Shown one piece after another: positions 1-17,300 of a stretch of DNA of 40,123 bases. Position 1 is the first letter of the stretch; every line of letters starts with the position of its first letter. The notes below the pieces were generated by a model that had not been told where the DNA came from, ran no database searches, and saw only the letters and a program-made list of their open reading frames with translations. The DNA is from Paraglomus brasilianum. Taxonomy: Eukaryota. The DNA is taken from positions 1 to 40,123 of the forward strand of contig CAJVPI010000240.1 of the NCBI GenBank assembly GCA_910592345.1. The letters are read 5' to 3'. The position numbers were made by a program, and so were the translations under genes.

Positions 1-2135
1 CGGTGCAATAAAAGGTAAAACGCCTCGAATGGTTGAATTTTGTTGATGTGAATTCACCGATTGAGAAAGACCAAGATTGCATCTATCCCATGCGTAATGT
101 CATTATCATCATCATGCAAAACTATGTTTCCGCCATGTAGATCACAATGCACTAAACCCGAAGCATGAATATTATACAGATAACTTACAATACTCCTCAA
201 GTACTGTAATTTCATGTACCATGTCAAATTGTTAATATTTTGATCCAAATAAGACAAAAGACTACCATTGTTAGCATATTGCATAACAACCATGTACTCT
301 TTTGTTTCTGGGTCTTGTGTCACCCCATAAATTTTAAGGAATAAAATATTGTTATTTACGCACTTGGTATGATTTCTGAACTATTAATAAAAATAATTAC
401 AGCATCAAATTAAATATCAGTTTAATTAATACACCAATTGTTGCTTATCTCAGAAATAAATAATTCCGGCTTTTCATCAAAACTCTTAAACCGTTTGAAT
501 ACAACAGTTTGTCGCATTTCCTTGACTTCTGAATATTTTTTATATTTGGCAGTATAAACTGTTCCGTAACCACCAGATCTGATCTCTTTGAGTTCATCAA
601 AGTTGCTATATTGCATGTACATTACATGTTCATTATTTCGTATAAATCTATCCAATATTGCGTGTATGTCATAGTAGAAAACTAAATAATATTCCTGAGT
701 AGATGGCTCCTGAGTGACCCCAATTATCCAAGCATTATCAAGGGTTAATATCTCTGGATATTCCTTAGTTATCTATTTGAGATAAACAAATACAGTTGTT
801 AAACCACACAATACACACATTAATAATACTATATTCATTTTACATGTGAAATAATTTAACTGATGAAAATCAAACAATTGATCATTTTGTTTGTCAACTA
901 TCTTTTTGAGTGTCACACATGTCAATTCATTTGTTCTCCAATCTGCTACATGTGTGCATTCATGACGTAATGATGTCATATATTGTATGTTTGTCAATAG
1001 AGAGTATTCTATCCATTGTATATATACATCATATATATTCCTTGTATTACTCCATGATGTCATATATTGTATGTTTGTCAATAGAGAGTATTCTATCCAT
1101 TGTATATATACATCATATATTAATATATTCCTTGTATTACTCCATGATTCCACAATGAATGAATCCAAAGATTTGTTGCCTGTAGTCCAATCAAGAGGTC
1201 TTGGGGATTTACATTTGAAACAGAATGGATTTATCTTAAGTTCTAATTGACATGTACATGCCAGACATAATCCATGCCCGTAATATTCTTTTATGAGACA
1301 ATACTTCCGTTCATAATATGTGAATCCGATGGTAACCCAAACATCCATGGTAAGCATATCTGGATGCTCATCACATAACTATAACTAGTGGAAATGATAC
1401 ATAATAATATGTCGATAATTATTTAAACTATTCAATAAACATGACGCATTAGTAATTAGTTACCTCGGCATAATATAAATCATGTGTCTCGTCTGTTATT
1501 TCAAGCGGAGTCAATGTAACTCGTTCACGAGTAGGTAGTCCATATAAGCGTACTTCATCTCTCCACTTATCAATACAATCAAATGGAATCCATTCCAAGT
1601 AGGCATCATTTGGTGAGTTTGTTTGTAATTGAGATTTCTTAATAAACTCATCGAGTTGCTTATTGTTGCTAGTCCATCCATCGGATAATTCTTTATGGCC
1701 GCAAATGCACCACACGGGACTACATCGAAGTATTCCACATGCAGAACAGAATCCATATCGAGAGTACCAACGGTAAAACTTTCTATTAGCAACAATGTAA
1801 TAGTTGTTATCACACTTGGTAAATCCCTCTGTGAGTTTGTTGCGTTTCTTAAGCCATACGGAATATCTTCTAAAGTTGTCGCTATTACTATTGTACTTGT
1901 GTGTCGGAAGTGAGTATATTCTGGCAAACTCACGCATAAGTGTTGGCGTACAGGTTTTATCGCTTCCAAGCAATATCATAGTTCTACAATCATTATTACG
2001 AATAGCATAGTAGACGTTGTCAATTTGGTTTGACTCTATGTCGGTAATTCTCTCATGAGAAATCCATTCAAGTTTATGTTCACTTTTTGAGGATTGAATC
2101 AAGTTGTCAATTATTGGATTATAAAATAGTGACAT
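1..2135 (-). pseudogene. Degenerate multi-exon kinase gene (Glomeromycotina-type TKL-like kinase with repeated N-terminal CxxC/WTSGN modules), running off the window start
   Basis: Motifs GWTSNNKQLDEFIK..LEWIPF, WTTGNKSLDSFI..IQWIEY, SGGYGTVY, VVFKRF, GVTQDPETKEYMVVMQYANNGSL, HCDLHGGNI and GVLPFIAP (at 1-24). Lesions: expected donors read CAG|ttaaat (~860) and GAG|ataagc (~450); frameshifts near 330 and 85; DLG reads NLG; internal 84/90-bp duplication. Confidence 0.85.
971..1144. repeat. In-frame tandem duplication (84 bp + 90 bp) inside the kinase pseudogene
   Basis: TGATGTCATATATTGTATGTTTGTCAATAGAGAG...TATTACTCCA starts at 971 and again at 1055. The second copy has a 6-bp insertion. The peptide SWSNTRNI(LI)YDVYIQWIEYSLLTNIQYMT appears twice. 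Confidence 0.95.
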
Positions 2136-2810
2136 CGTTTGAATAAGAAGTTTCAAGAACAATCATAATCACGGAGATCTCAACGTTGATCCGAGTGTAA
2201 CGCTTAACTTCTTTTCTTCCCTACCATATTTAGTAGTAGGTATTTGTCAAATTTGGGGGGAGATAATTTAGGTCATCGTCCTTCCCATATTTGGTAATAC
2301 AAAATCTTCAACTACCAAATAGTCAGGGATGAACTTTGGGAGGTCATCCCAAACATTTCCAATTTCCAAATTTGTTAGCTAGTGAGGGCTAGTACTAGAG
2401 AATAAGAGTTTAGAATTTTTGGATTGAATAATGTCTTGATTCTGTTTCTCACGTGCATCTTGTGAAAAATCCATTCCCGATACAGTCATTAGATATAAAT
2501 ACACCAGTTCTACAACTCTCCTTCTGAACATTCTTCCGGCGTAAAGTAGATACTCGCTTCAGTCACATCTTAGAACATTATAACTTGGCTATAACGAATT
2601 ATAATGAAGACTGTCTCCAAACTAATGATTAAATGATTATTATAATCTTTGCTATAAAGAGACCTTGGTTATAGAATTCGTTAGACTGTATTACTGTGGC
2701 CCGAGTAGTAGTAACCAGGTGGGACCCCTGAAATTTTGTGTGTGGCACAATATGACACGATCGAAATCATTCGAACCTACGCGTTGTCAGAACACCTATA
2801 CTGTATCAAT

Positions 2811-6758
<3,948 letters not shown>

Positions 6759-9700
6759 ATCAGTCATTTATATATGGTCAAATAAATGAGTACTCTGCAC
6801 AAATATCTCCAATGTGCATATGTGAAGACTTTCTCAATGGATTTGTTTTAATTCTACGCCAGAAACCTTCAGGTTATGAATGAGAAGCAAGGATATTGTC
6901 AACTTCAAAGATATTGCATGTGCCTGATAATATTGGACTGTCAATTTGAAATCAAAAGTTATTATAAGAATGACCGTTGAGCAATAATGAGCGTTTCATA
7001 GTTGATTATATGCCAAAACGATTAAATGCTACATTATTTGTTCTGCATTATATGTAAAGCCCGCGTGAGATTATTGAGCATGATGACACGTTTTACATCT
7101 TTATCCTATTACGGTAGGCGTTATATGATTGTCTATTGTGCTTACTCCATCATCACGATTACCAACAAGAAAATGCCCACGAGACGTTATTGTCCTTGAG
7201 AATAAAACTGACACAGCAACGGTAAGTTATAGGCGTTTAGAAGGCATACAAAGGCAACACTGCTTTCAGATTAAAATTTTATTTTAAATCGTCACTTTAA
7301 ACACAACTGATGCAAAAAGCTGCAAGTTTTGTATTTCTTGCTTTTACCTTAAATACGAATTAGATAGATGCTAGTATATCGAAACTATCTACTACTACTA
7401 CTACTAATTGTTATTTGAACTATTAACCAATAATATGCAATAAGCGACTTTTAGGACCTAACACGTTCTGGATGCTCAGTAGGCCGAATTAGAACAAAGC
7501 CACGGGGTTAGCAGGGTATACAAGCTGAATGTTTAACATTAATATAAATTTAAGTATATCGCTTTTTATTAATTAAAAACTTGCAAAACAATCTGTAACT
7601 CATCTAGTTAGGATGGCAGCTCTAATAAATATAAGCTTGTATGTAAGAATAGGAATGCTCTTCTGCCGTAGATGTAACATATACGTTAATTTAGCCCACC
7701 GGTGTTATAAAAGTTAGCAGGAGCTTGTTAATAATACTGAAAATTGTCTGAAGTTCAGTGAAAATAAGAAAAGTAATTTATTAGTTATTCAATAGACGCA
7801 GTCAGATTAGTTCTTATATGTATAATTTGGGAAAGGTGTTCTTGCTCTGGGTATGTAAAGTTGTTCTCATGAGTGTTATCCTACAACGTATAAAAACATA
7901 TTAACTCTGATAACTTTATCTGTTGACAATTCGTTAAGATTTAATGAAAAAAGGAGCAAATACAAAATTATTTAGTTTGCAACTTTAAAAATGAATATAA
8001 TAAATTAAACTCGAGGGTTGGCACAAATTGCGTCAGATAACGGATAAATGCGAAAATATGGTAAAAATTTGGGTGACAATATAATACCATGATTTCCCTT
8101 TTTGATATCACTATTCTCTCACGGACATTATTGTTATTACTTTGGGCTATATCGATACAATTGCACGGTTATCAGTATTATCAAGAGGTCTTGTCTTGTG
8201 CTTTGACGGTGTATGCAGAGCATTCACATGCCTTATTAAGTATTCTGATAACAATGATATTTAAAAAACTCTAGAAACAGTTAATACAGTTGATAATTTC
8301 CTCACTTTGGCAGTCAAACGATCAATGACGACTTTTGCGTTGTTATTGTTGTCTGGGATATTCGTAATAGCAAGGTTTATATCCCCTGCATTTCTTAAAC
8401 TATATATAGCACGTGATCACGTTATCAGATGGTGGAGAGGGAAGGGGGGGTTATAAAATGGCAAGTCCGAGTATGAAAACAAACAAGACATTCGATATCG
8501 TTTTGATTGTTATCGTTTAATCAATTGTGCCTTGTTCGATTGTATCCAACTGAGTCACAAAAGGTTATCATTACTGCACATGCTGGAAATACATCGATGA
8601 TAATAAATGGAATAACGTGTGGCTCGGCTCTTGGATATATTGGTTGGCAAGTAACAAAGATAATAAGAGCATGGTTATTATTGGGGCTATAACGGCAATA
8701 AGAGAAAGTGACAGCAGTAGCAATATAAAGATAGCAATGGGAATAGAAACAACAATCATTTGTTCCAAAAATATTATTCGTATTAGTAACATTTTGCTCA
8801 TGTATTAAAATGAAGCTTCTTTATTGTCTTGCGTAGATACCCATCTTCTCTTTGTTTACTATGATTACATCGGCATTCTATTTCAATTCAATGGGCAATA
8901 TATCTTGCAGTAATAACTTACTTACTTTGTATTATTTGACATAAGCATAAATATATACAATCTGAGAGTAGCTTTTATTGTAAGTGCTCTAATAAATTCC
9001 GTATCGTTTCATTATTAAATTGGGGGGTGTGTAAAGATTGACTATCATTGAATATTCGGCTGCTATTCTTACTATTATTAATCGCAGTTGTCACATTGAT
9101 ATTATTATTTAGCCACCCGGCCATTGTCATATAATTAAGAGTTGCATATATCATACAATCATACAATATAGCATAAGCTCTTAAATACCGCCTTCACGCT
9201 TCGTTCCCTAATATCGTCAATTCACACGTCTTGACTGGACATCTTCTCAACTTAAAAAAAAAACAAAACTTGGACTATTCTCCCTGAAACCCCGATCATA
9301 ATACCATATCGACTCTCTCGGCTGTTAGTATAGTTACAGGTACTTTGTACTATTGTCGGAACGTAGGATAAACACATGTTCTGGTGGTAGTGCGATACAT
9401 ATTATTCTCTATTCGCTGTGGTACATCATAGATTTTCTGGGCTAAATTTTTCAATTGTATTCTGCATTTAGATAGTCAATAACTATAACCTAATCATCCC
9501 CTCATACTCTAGTCGTTCCCTATCTCTCACCTACTTGTCTTTATAACTTATTGAAATGCTCTCTTCCCTTTATGTTGCCGATATTTCTTCTTCTCAGGAA
9601 AGAAAAAAATGGATGCTCAGTCGACATACATCGTGAGTTTCATATTATATTGCGTATCGAGTATTAGTATACTGTACTACGACCATTTTGTTTGTTGTTT

Positions 9701-10525
9701 TTCTACACATACAGCGTGGTAATTTGATCTACTTACCTTTGTGCGACTATAATCGAGAATATTTATCATTTTTGGGTTGAATAGTTTCTCATATATATCC
9801 CTTTTTATTATCACTGTTATAAATCTTGTTCTTCATCCCTCATTCATCGCTTTATTTACTCACTCTCACGATTTCATTTCACATCCTCTTCTCTAAATAG
9901 CATCAGATCGATCAATGTTCCGTTTGCCAGACACCACACTCTGCACCTAACAATCAATGTGCTTACTGTAAATTTACTCAAGGTACGTAAGAACACCCCC
10001 CCCCCCCTCCACTGATCCCTAAATTTAGGCGATAATCATCCTCGTTTTGTCTGATAATCATTTATTTTGCATATAACAACAACAATTAGAATGCCCGCAA
10101 ATAAGTAAAAGTGTTGATAATTATGCAGTTGAGTATGGTGAAATGAGCTATTAATGCGTGGGCATGGTTTCGGGTAAATTCGTAGAATGTAGGCGATGGA
10201 AGTTCAGAAGCATACAATTATAGGAAGATGCATAAATGTAAACTGAAACTGCATATAAAAACTAACTTTACTACTAACATCTTAGGATTATCCAAAACAA
10301 AAAAATATGGAGCCTTCAAATACGAATGGGTTGTATCTACTGATACAAGCAGCAGAAATACTCGAGAAAGTATGAAATTTTTTTCTTCACTTACACACAT
10401 ATATACACAGTCCTCAATTTATTTGCCGTATTTCTTTCTTTTCCACTTACGCGCCCTTTGTATCGCATACACTTGCCAAACACATACCTCTTGTCACTGA
10501 CCTCGTCTTTTCTTACTAGCCGACC

Positions 10526-12239
10526 ATGTTTCCAAACAGTTTACCCTCCCAAACTGCTGATACCAAACTCTTGGGCGAGGGGTACGACTCGTATTCTGCT
10601 GTACAGAGGCTTCCAGAGTTGTCTGTAAATAATGGGAATTTGGCAAAGATTTTGAACGAAGGTGTGTGTGTGCATACATATACATGTGTACGATTTTCGG
10701 GTCTTTTTTTTTTTAACAAGTCCCTTTAAAACTCATTCACAAATACATTGACGTTGTGTAATTTTTAGATGTGCCTTTGCCTATGCATGACCACATTCGT
10801 AAACAGCTCTCACTCGAGCAATCAACCCTTCTTTCTGCATTAACTGCATCCTTGACGCAGCTATCGCATTCATATTCCCGTCAACTCTCACGCCATTCCC
10901 TCCTAAATTCAGAAAACAGGCGTTTAACGGCGGAACTACGAGACATAGAAATAGCACTGGTCGAGTTGACAAAACAAAGGCCAGTGTTAAAAATCCTACG
11001 ACGGCTTAATTATATGGAAACGTTGGAGGAGATAGATGTATCGGAAGAAAATATAAAGGATTTATTCCTAAATCCAAGGGAAATGTCTTCTTGGAGTAAA
11101 CAAGACATGGAAGAAAAAGCAAACGAGAACGATAAAGAGATAAAAGAATGGAAAGAGGAAAGCAGTGGGTGTCAGGAAGATGGATTTGAAAACAACTTGC
11201 TTTCCATTCCGTCCTTACTACTTGATCAAAATCCCAAAGGTACAACTTATAACGAGTCTATCGCTTCACGTATGAACATTGAATCGTCGATGCTTTTGAA
11301 AAAACGTAAATGCGATAATGACGACGATGGGTCGGTAGAACTTATAAAAAAGCAAAAAGAAGAACAGGATGTACAGGAAGTAATTCCGGATCCCGAAGCG
11401 TCTAAACAACCCCCCAGGTTTGATAGCGACATGTGAGTAACAAAACATAGTGCTGATCCCTTGGATTGAGCGTCTACGCATTATTGTTGATTGTTTGGTA
11501 TGTCGACTAATATTTTAATTCATTCATTTAGGTATACACCAAGATGGGTACGGGGGGTGGGGAAGTCCAAGGAAGGATTATGTCCACATTGTAATCCTCC
11601 ACGATGGTACAAGACGAAGATATCTGCGTACTGGTGAGTGTTTACAATTTGATCAATCGAGGTGGCGAGCATGGGAAACAATCATGCATCAGACAGCGTA
11701 TGTTTACGTTTAGGTTAACTGATAGACGACAATATTAATACGAGAATAGGGGATTATTTTGATTATTATTATTTCATTCCATTATTGACATGTTATGTAT
11801 GTTTAGATGTATTATGTAAGGCGGTGTAACTACTGATTGACACTTTACCCTTTCCGACAGGTATCATTTAAACTATCAGCATGGCATATCGTCGAATACC
11901 GGACGACCGTTTGCTGGGCCGATATCTGAGCGTAACAACAAAAAATCCGGCTTACGAGAAGCACTTTGCCACAAGTGTGGGAAGTGGATACTAAATCAAT
12001 CTCCACGGGATAAAGAGGTACTAGTCCCGGAGATCTATTGGTAAGTGAGAAAAAAAAGAAGAAGCTTACCGCAATATGCGATATTAATACATACTTGTTT
12101 ATTTGCACGAGTTATTGGGATAACCATATCTTATTGTTATAACCGATATGTGCTGTATTTATTTACAAATCTAATCCAACCCCTCTCGAATGCATTTTGT
12201 AGGTACAAGCACGCGCAGAAATGTCACCACCCAGGATGA
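10526..12239 (+). CDS. Rua1-type (DUF4451) Cys/His-rich putative transcription regulator with an N-terminal coiled coil; true 5' end uncertain
   Basis: Exons 10526-10661, 10769-11432, 11532-11633, ~11860-12040 and ~12203-12239 splice in frame. They give DMYTPRWVRGVGKSKEGLCPHC..WYKTKISAYWYHLNYQHGISSNTGRPF..REALCHKCGKWI..IYWYKHAQKCH, the DUF4451/Rua1 C-terminal signature. Confidence 0.85.
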
Positions 12240-13192
12240 TAAATTATTTATCCAGAAGAATTGTACAGAAACGTCAGACTTGTCTATATTATAGGTATTT
12301 TGTTTTGCAAATATCAAATTGTAACACATTTCATTTCTTGGCGTACCCAAATAGTCAACTTGCGTTAATCACAAGACCTCTAATGCATGTAGGGAATGTT
12401 ACGCATAATTTTTCAAGGGTTCAAATATTGCTGAACCCTATATCAATCGTAAACTTTTGTAAGTAAAATCGATAAGCGACAACTAGTCACGCAATTTTTT
12501 CAGAATGTAGGAATTATGAAATAAGTTCAAAGTATCAACTCGCACCGTTACCCTTCCTTTATCTAGGAAACATCAACATAGATTGTACGTAAAAATGAAA
12601 CGTCCATGGTAAATAAATTCTTGCAAAAATGGATTGCTTCAATGCGCAAGTTTTGTAATAGAGATGGCGAGAGAATAATGACAGCAGCTGTACGTAACAG
12701 TCAGCTTTTACGACTGCCGGGTTGTTATCGATACTTGAACGCGCTCATGCAGCTCAAAGAATGTCGAAACGCATTAACCCTCCAAAAAATTGGCATTGTT
12801 ATTATTGAATTCAGTGAATACACCGACCATTGAATTGAGTTTACTACATGTATGCGATGAAGGAATGCTACTCCAGTCAATATCCGAATATAACGCATAT
12901 ATACTCGTTCAGGCCGTATGCTATTTGTACACAGAAAAAAGGGGGACAACTGCCTGATCATGATATCATAGCAAAAAGCACGATTCATAATGGGGGTCTT
13001 GAGCGTGGGTATCCGACTGAGAATTTTGGCCCCGAAAATCTTCGTGACTGGGAAAGCATTTATATAAAACGCCCCCCATCATTTATCTCAGATTATCAAA
13101 CGGGGAAAAATACGTTTTGTTATATTATACAAGGAACCCAATTTTATTCCACGAGAACCCGAGCTAAATTCCGTTTCTTGACTAGAAAAAAA

Positions 13193-13726
13193 ATGGTTGA
13201 AGAAAAATCGGAACCCACTTCGTACAAACCCTCGCCAAAGTTTGTTTTATCCGTGCGCTTATTTGAAATAATATGCGGTCTGGTCGTGGTGATCACTCTT
13301 GCAATAACAGCCGAAGAAGCGAAAAAACTGGGGCTAGACATTCCCAGCTGGGTCATATACGGACTGGTTCTCTCTTGCGTTAGTACTGTGGTATCCGCAT
13401 CAGTCTTGTTTTTCGATCGATCAACCAAATTCGCGTTTGCCCAGGGAATTCTTTCGAATATCTTTCTTGTGGCATATATTGTGTACACTGCCATCGGAGC
13501 TGTACATACGCCAACTAGTGAAAAGTGCTCCTCTTATTCCAAGGAAGCGGAAAATATGTGTGCTGCACCCAAGGCAGCCGAGTTCTTTTCCTTTTGTGTC
13601 GTCTTTGCTTTTGGATTCAGTGCTCTTGCTGGATACTTTACATGGTGGGATGCAAGAAGGAAGAAAAGGGAGAGAGATGCGAGTTCGAGTGCAGAAACTG
13701 CTACGGCTGATGCGAACGAATCGTAG
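13193..13726 (+). CDS. MARVEL-like four-transmembrane membrane protein (177 aa, intronless)
   Basis: ATG at 13193 follows an A-run. Four hydrophobic segments, with the SVRLFEIICGLVV start and C..PKAAEFFSFCVVFAF pattern typical of fungal MARVEL proteins. Basic C-tail. The upstream part of the 292-aa ORF looks like promoter/UTR (TATATAAAA near 13060). Confidence 0.7.
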   Translation: MVEEKSEPTSYKPSPKFVLSVRLFEIICGLVVVITLAITAEEAKKLGLDIPSWVIYGLVLSCVSTVVSASVLFFDRSTKFAFAQGILSNIFLVAYIVYTAIGAVHTPTSEKCSSYSKEAENMCAAPKAAEFFSFCVVFAFGFSALAGYFTWWDARRKKRERDASSSAETATADANES

Positions 13727-14395
13727 AGCTGAATTTTCTGTAGTGATTTTCAACGGGATTCCTTGCCAATCTTCTCTGTATCATTTGTAGCACGTAAAAT
13801 AATAAAGCATATATTTAACATTGCAGGGCCTTCCATTATAATATCTGCTAAGTTGGTCGAGAAAGATAGTAATATCAATGCTGATTGGCTGTGACTTATC
13901 AGGCTCCTGGCCGTCTAATCTTGTCCAAAAATGGAAGACACCCTGAAAAGCGACTGGCAAAAATATTCCCATAATAATAAAAGCTAAATGTAAATAAATA
14001 CTATTGTTATGTCAAAGTTATTTACTTTAATTAAAACTATTGGCTACGTTTGTCATTAAAATATTATTTTAAGTTTGATTCAACAATTGAACAAAAGATC
14101 ATCTTTCATCCTATTAAAAATTCATTCATTGTAAGATTAATAATTCATTACAAATATTGTATACTTGGATACTATCGCTCGAAACAGATATCATATCGAA
14201 AATTTTGACAAATTACTCAAGTCACAACAAAGTCCAGCCGTTTTCTTTGTTGATGCTGGAAAGGAAAGTCATGCATAATTTTAGTGAGATTATCCATAAA
14301 ATCCCTGAAGCCTCTTGCCTCATCATTATAGAATTTGCTATTATATTTGCGCTTACATTTCTTCGTAAATAAGCACAAAGTGAGTTCCTGATTTC

Positions 14396-17300
14396 TCACC
14401 TCATTGTCAGTTTCAGGGTAATCACTTGGAATGGACCAAATTTCAATTGGATTCCATCGTCCTGATTATAATCATATTTCACAAGATTATCTTCCAAGAT
14501 GTTTGTCATGTAAGCAGCACGCACAGGTAAAGCACTTGAAAATGGCAAGTAATATTAATAAGATTGAGGAAAGCTTTATAATTATAATTACATACCAATC
14601 AATATTACTTTACCTCTTCAGATGAACTCTGGCATGGCCACCGTACGCTTCATATAATCTTAATATCACATCGTCAGAATCCTCAGCTTGCTTAACAGTT
14701 TCCAGAATGACGTTTGGAGCATCGACTGTGAAATATGACAGTGATTCCAAGATATTTGTCCTATTCTTTGATAAAGTCCTACATAGCCAGAAAGAAAATG
14801 TTTACCATTTGTGAAAGCCATCTGTAAAATTGCGATTGGTTATACCTGACAATTAGTGGCACGTTTAATTCAAATGCTTCGTGTATGACGTTTGATTCAA
14901 GGAAAGACCCTTGATGAGGTAGGAGTGCATATTTGAACGTATGATGGCCTATATCACATTGGTCGTCAGGTGCCTACGAGAGGATTATCCATAGCAACGT
15001 TAATACACTGTCGTGATGTCATGAATTCTAATGAACCAATATTTTACCTTTGGAGATCTTAACAGTGACAATCTCATTACATTTTGATGAACTGCATAAC
15101 CTGTTGGGATCAAAGTAATATTAGACACTTTGTAACAAGCTGCTAAATATAAGTACATGTATTATTACTGACCGTATTTACAGTCGTTTAAGAGGGCAAC
15201 ACCATAACCATATTCTGAAAAGTCAGCAAATTTATGTCCGCAGACTTCAAACTTTGCAGTGTCCCATGTAGTGTTGTAATGAGTCGGTCGCTGGATATAG
15301 CCAAATTGGGACTCATACGTGGCCTAGATAAATGAGGAAAATATAATAAGAACATGATTTAATGGTAAAATATACAACAACGAAATTTAGAGCGAGACTT
15401 ACATAGTCGCACATGATATCCACAGGAAATTCAACTTTCTAAAGTATTTCGAATAATATATTGTCAATAGTTCTGAGCGTAAGCCCTCATTCATACGTCA
15501 CATAAGCCTATTAATTACTGACCAGGAATTTTCGATTTTCATTCCAATCAACTTCAGTTTCAAAATCAAGCCTAGTTGAGACTGCAGTGAGAGCAATGAC
15601 TTGAGACAAACTACTGGTCTTTGTGAGTTTAGTTTCGAGAAGAAGGGATGCGCGTAAAGGTCCGTCTTCGTGTATCTGTTGGTATAGGCAAATTCAGTTA
15701 TTCACACGTTGAAGGATAAATCCTTGGTTATTTGGGCATAAACATACCTTAATTGTTCCAAGGTTTGCTTCACGTCCTGTCCCAAGGTGATATATTTCCA
15801 CTATATATGACATCATATGTTATGGTCTATGATTGTCTTGAGTGAACGAAACTATTCAAGTTTGATCGACTTACCATCCCAAGCTAGGAAAAAAAATAAT
15901 AGGATATTATTAATGTATTACATATCTAATAAATCATAAATATCATGTAACTTACCATCCCAATATAATGGCTATCCAGTTGTATATGAATCAATTTTAG
16001 TCAGTTTATTGTTCAGAATCCAAAGCGAATAAAAAATTACCATAAAACTCACAATATCTTCATAGATAATAAATTTGTTCCCCTGTGCATCATCAGGAAT
16101 AATCTCACGACTTGAAGCAAAACATAAAAAATTAATGAGAAATCAACGAGTTTGAAGCAATAATCGGCAAGACATGCACGAACCTTTTCTCCAGGTCAAC
16201 CAAACTGATAAGTCTCCCGTGGCTGTCAAATACTGCTTTCACAAATGCATTCTCGAGAATAAATCCACGGTGTTTATCAAATTTTACTAGACAATTCAAA
16301 TACCGTATGTTTTTAGAAATAACTCCAGCAAGAAAGCATTAGTTAAATCTGTTACAAACAACCAACCTGTCGCGGGCTTGACATCATCATGTCGCTGAAT
16401 TTCGACTTTTTGTAATCCGACACTAACCGTATCTTTCACTGTGATACGTGTAGCAAGATTAATAATATTAACAGAACCTATTCGCATATCAAAGTTCTTG
16501 TTCCACTTACCAAGTACATATCCCGACGCCTTATCTGCAGAATATTGTTGCAATACGTCCAGCCCATCACTTACTGGCACTTTCACAACCTCCGTTCGCT
16601 TCCACGGAAGCGTATTGAATATAGCAAGTCCTTTCTCACGAGTTTCTTCCAGTGCGGGCAATTTAAATAGAGCATCAAGGGCTTGATTTCGAAGACGTTC
16701 GCCTGTTTTATACACAGAAATTGAATAGACTGATGCTAAACATGTTATGATTAAAAAAGGAGGGCATACATGTTTTTTGGACTTCATCAAGCATCTAGAT
16801 GAAAACAGATTTGGCTTTTTTAGATGAATTGTGAGAAAAAGAATCTCAATCTGGGGAAATAAATCCTACCTTGTAAGCATCATCATAAACCATTCCAATG
16901 GACGACCCCGGTAGAACGTCGTGGAATTGAGTTCTACAAAAATGTAGTAATTATTATCATTAACCAATTAATATAAGAAACTAAGCATTATAAATATGCG
17001 AATAATCCATACAATAGCAATGCTTTCCATGCATCGTGTATTTGATCCCTTGGATATCTGTTTATATAATAACAATAATAGATTAAAAATAGAGAATAAA
17101 AATTCAATCAACAGTTATGACAGCTGGTACCTGTATAGAGTTTGTTCCATAAAATAAGTTAGCGTGGTCAACAGCTCAACATCACGCAAAAGAAGCTCGC
17201 ATTTACGATTATAACGCTTAATTAGACCGTGGGAAGTATATGTTCCGCGATGTAATTCAAAGTACTACATACCATGGCCCATTATGTAACAAGGTATCAA

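Noticed and set aside
2686..2712. Peptide YYCGPSS shared with a frame near 28388
   Set aside because: It is a short match in non-coding or alternative frames with no extended DNA similarity.
7078..7212. Box C/D snoRNA (ATGATGA ... CTGA)
   Set aside because: No terminal stem or recognisable rRNA guide, and the motifs are expected by chance.
12848..13192. 115-aa N-terminal extension of the MARVEL protein
   Set aside because: It contains TATA-like and A-run promoter features and non-protein-like composition. ATG 13193 has a better context.
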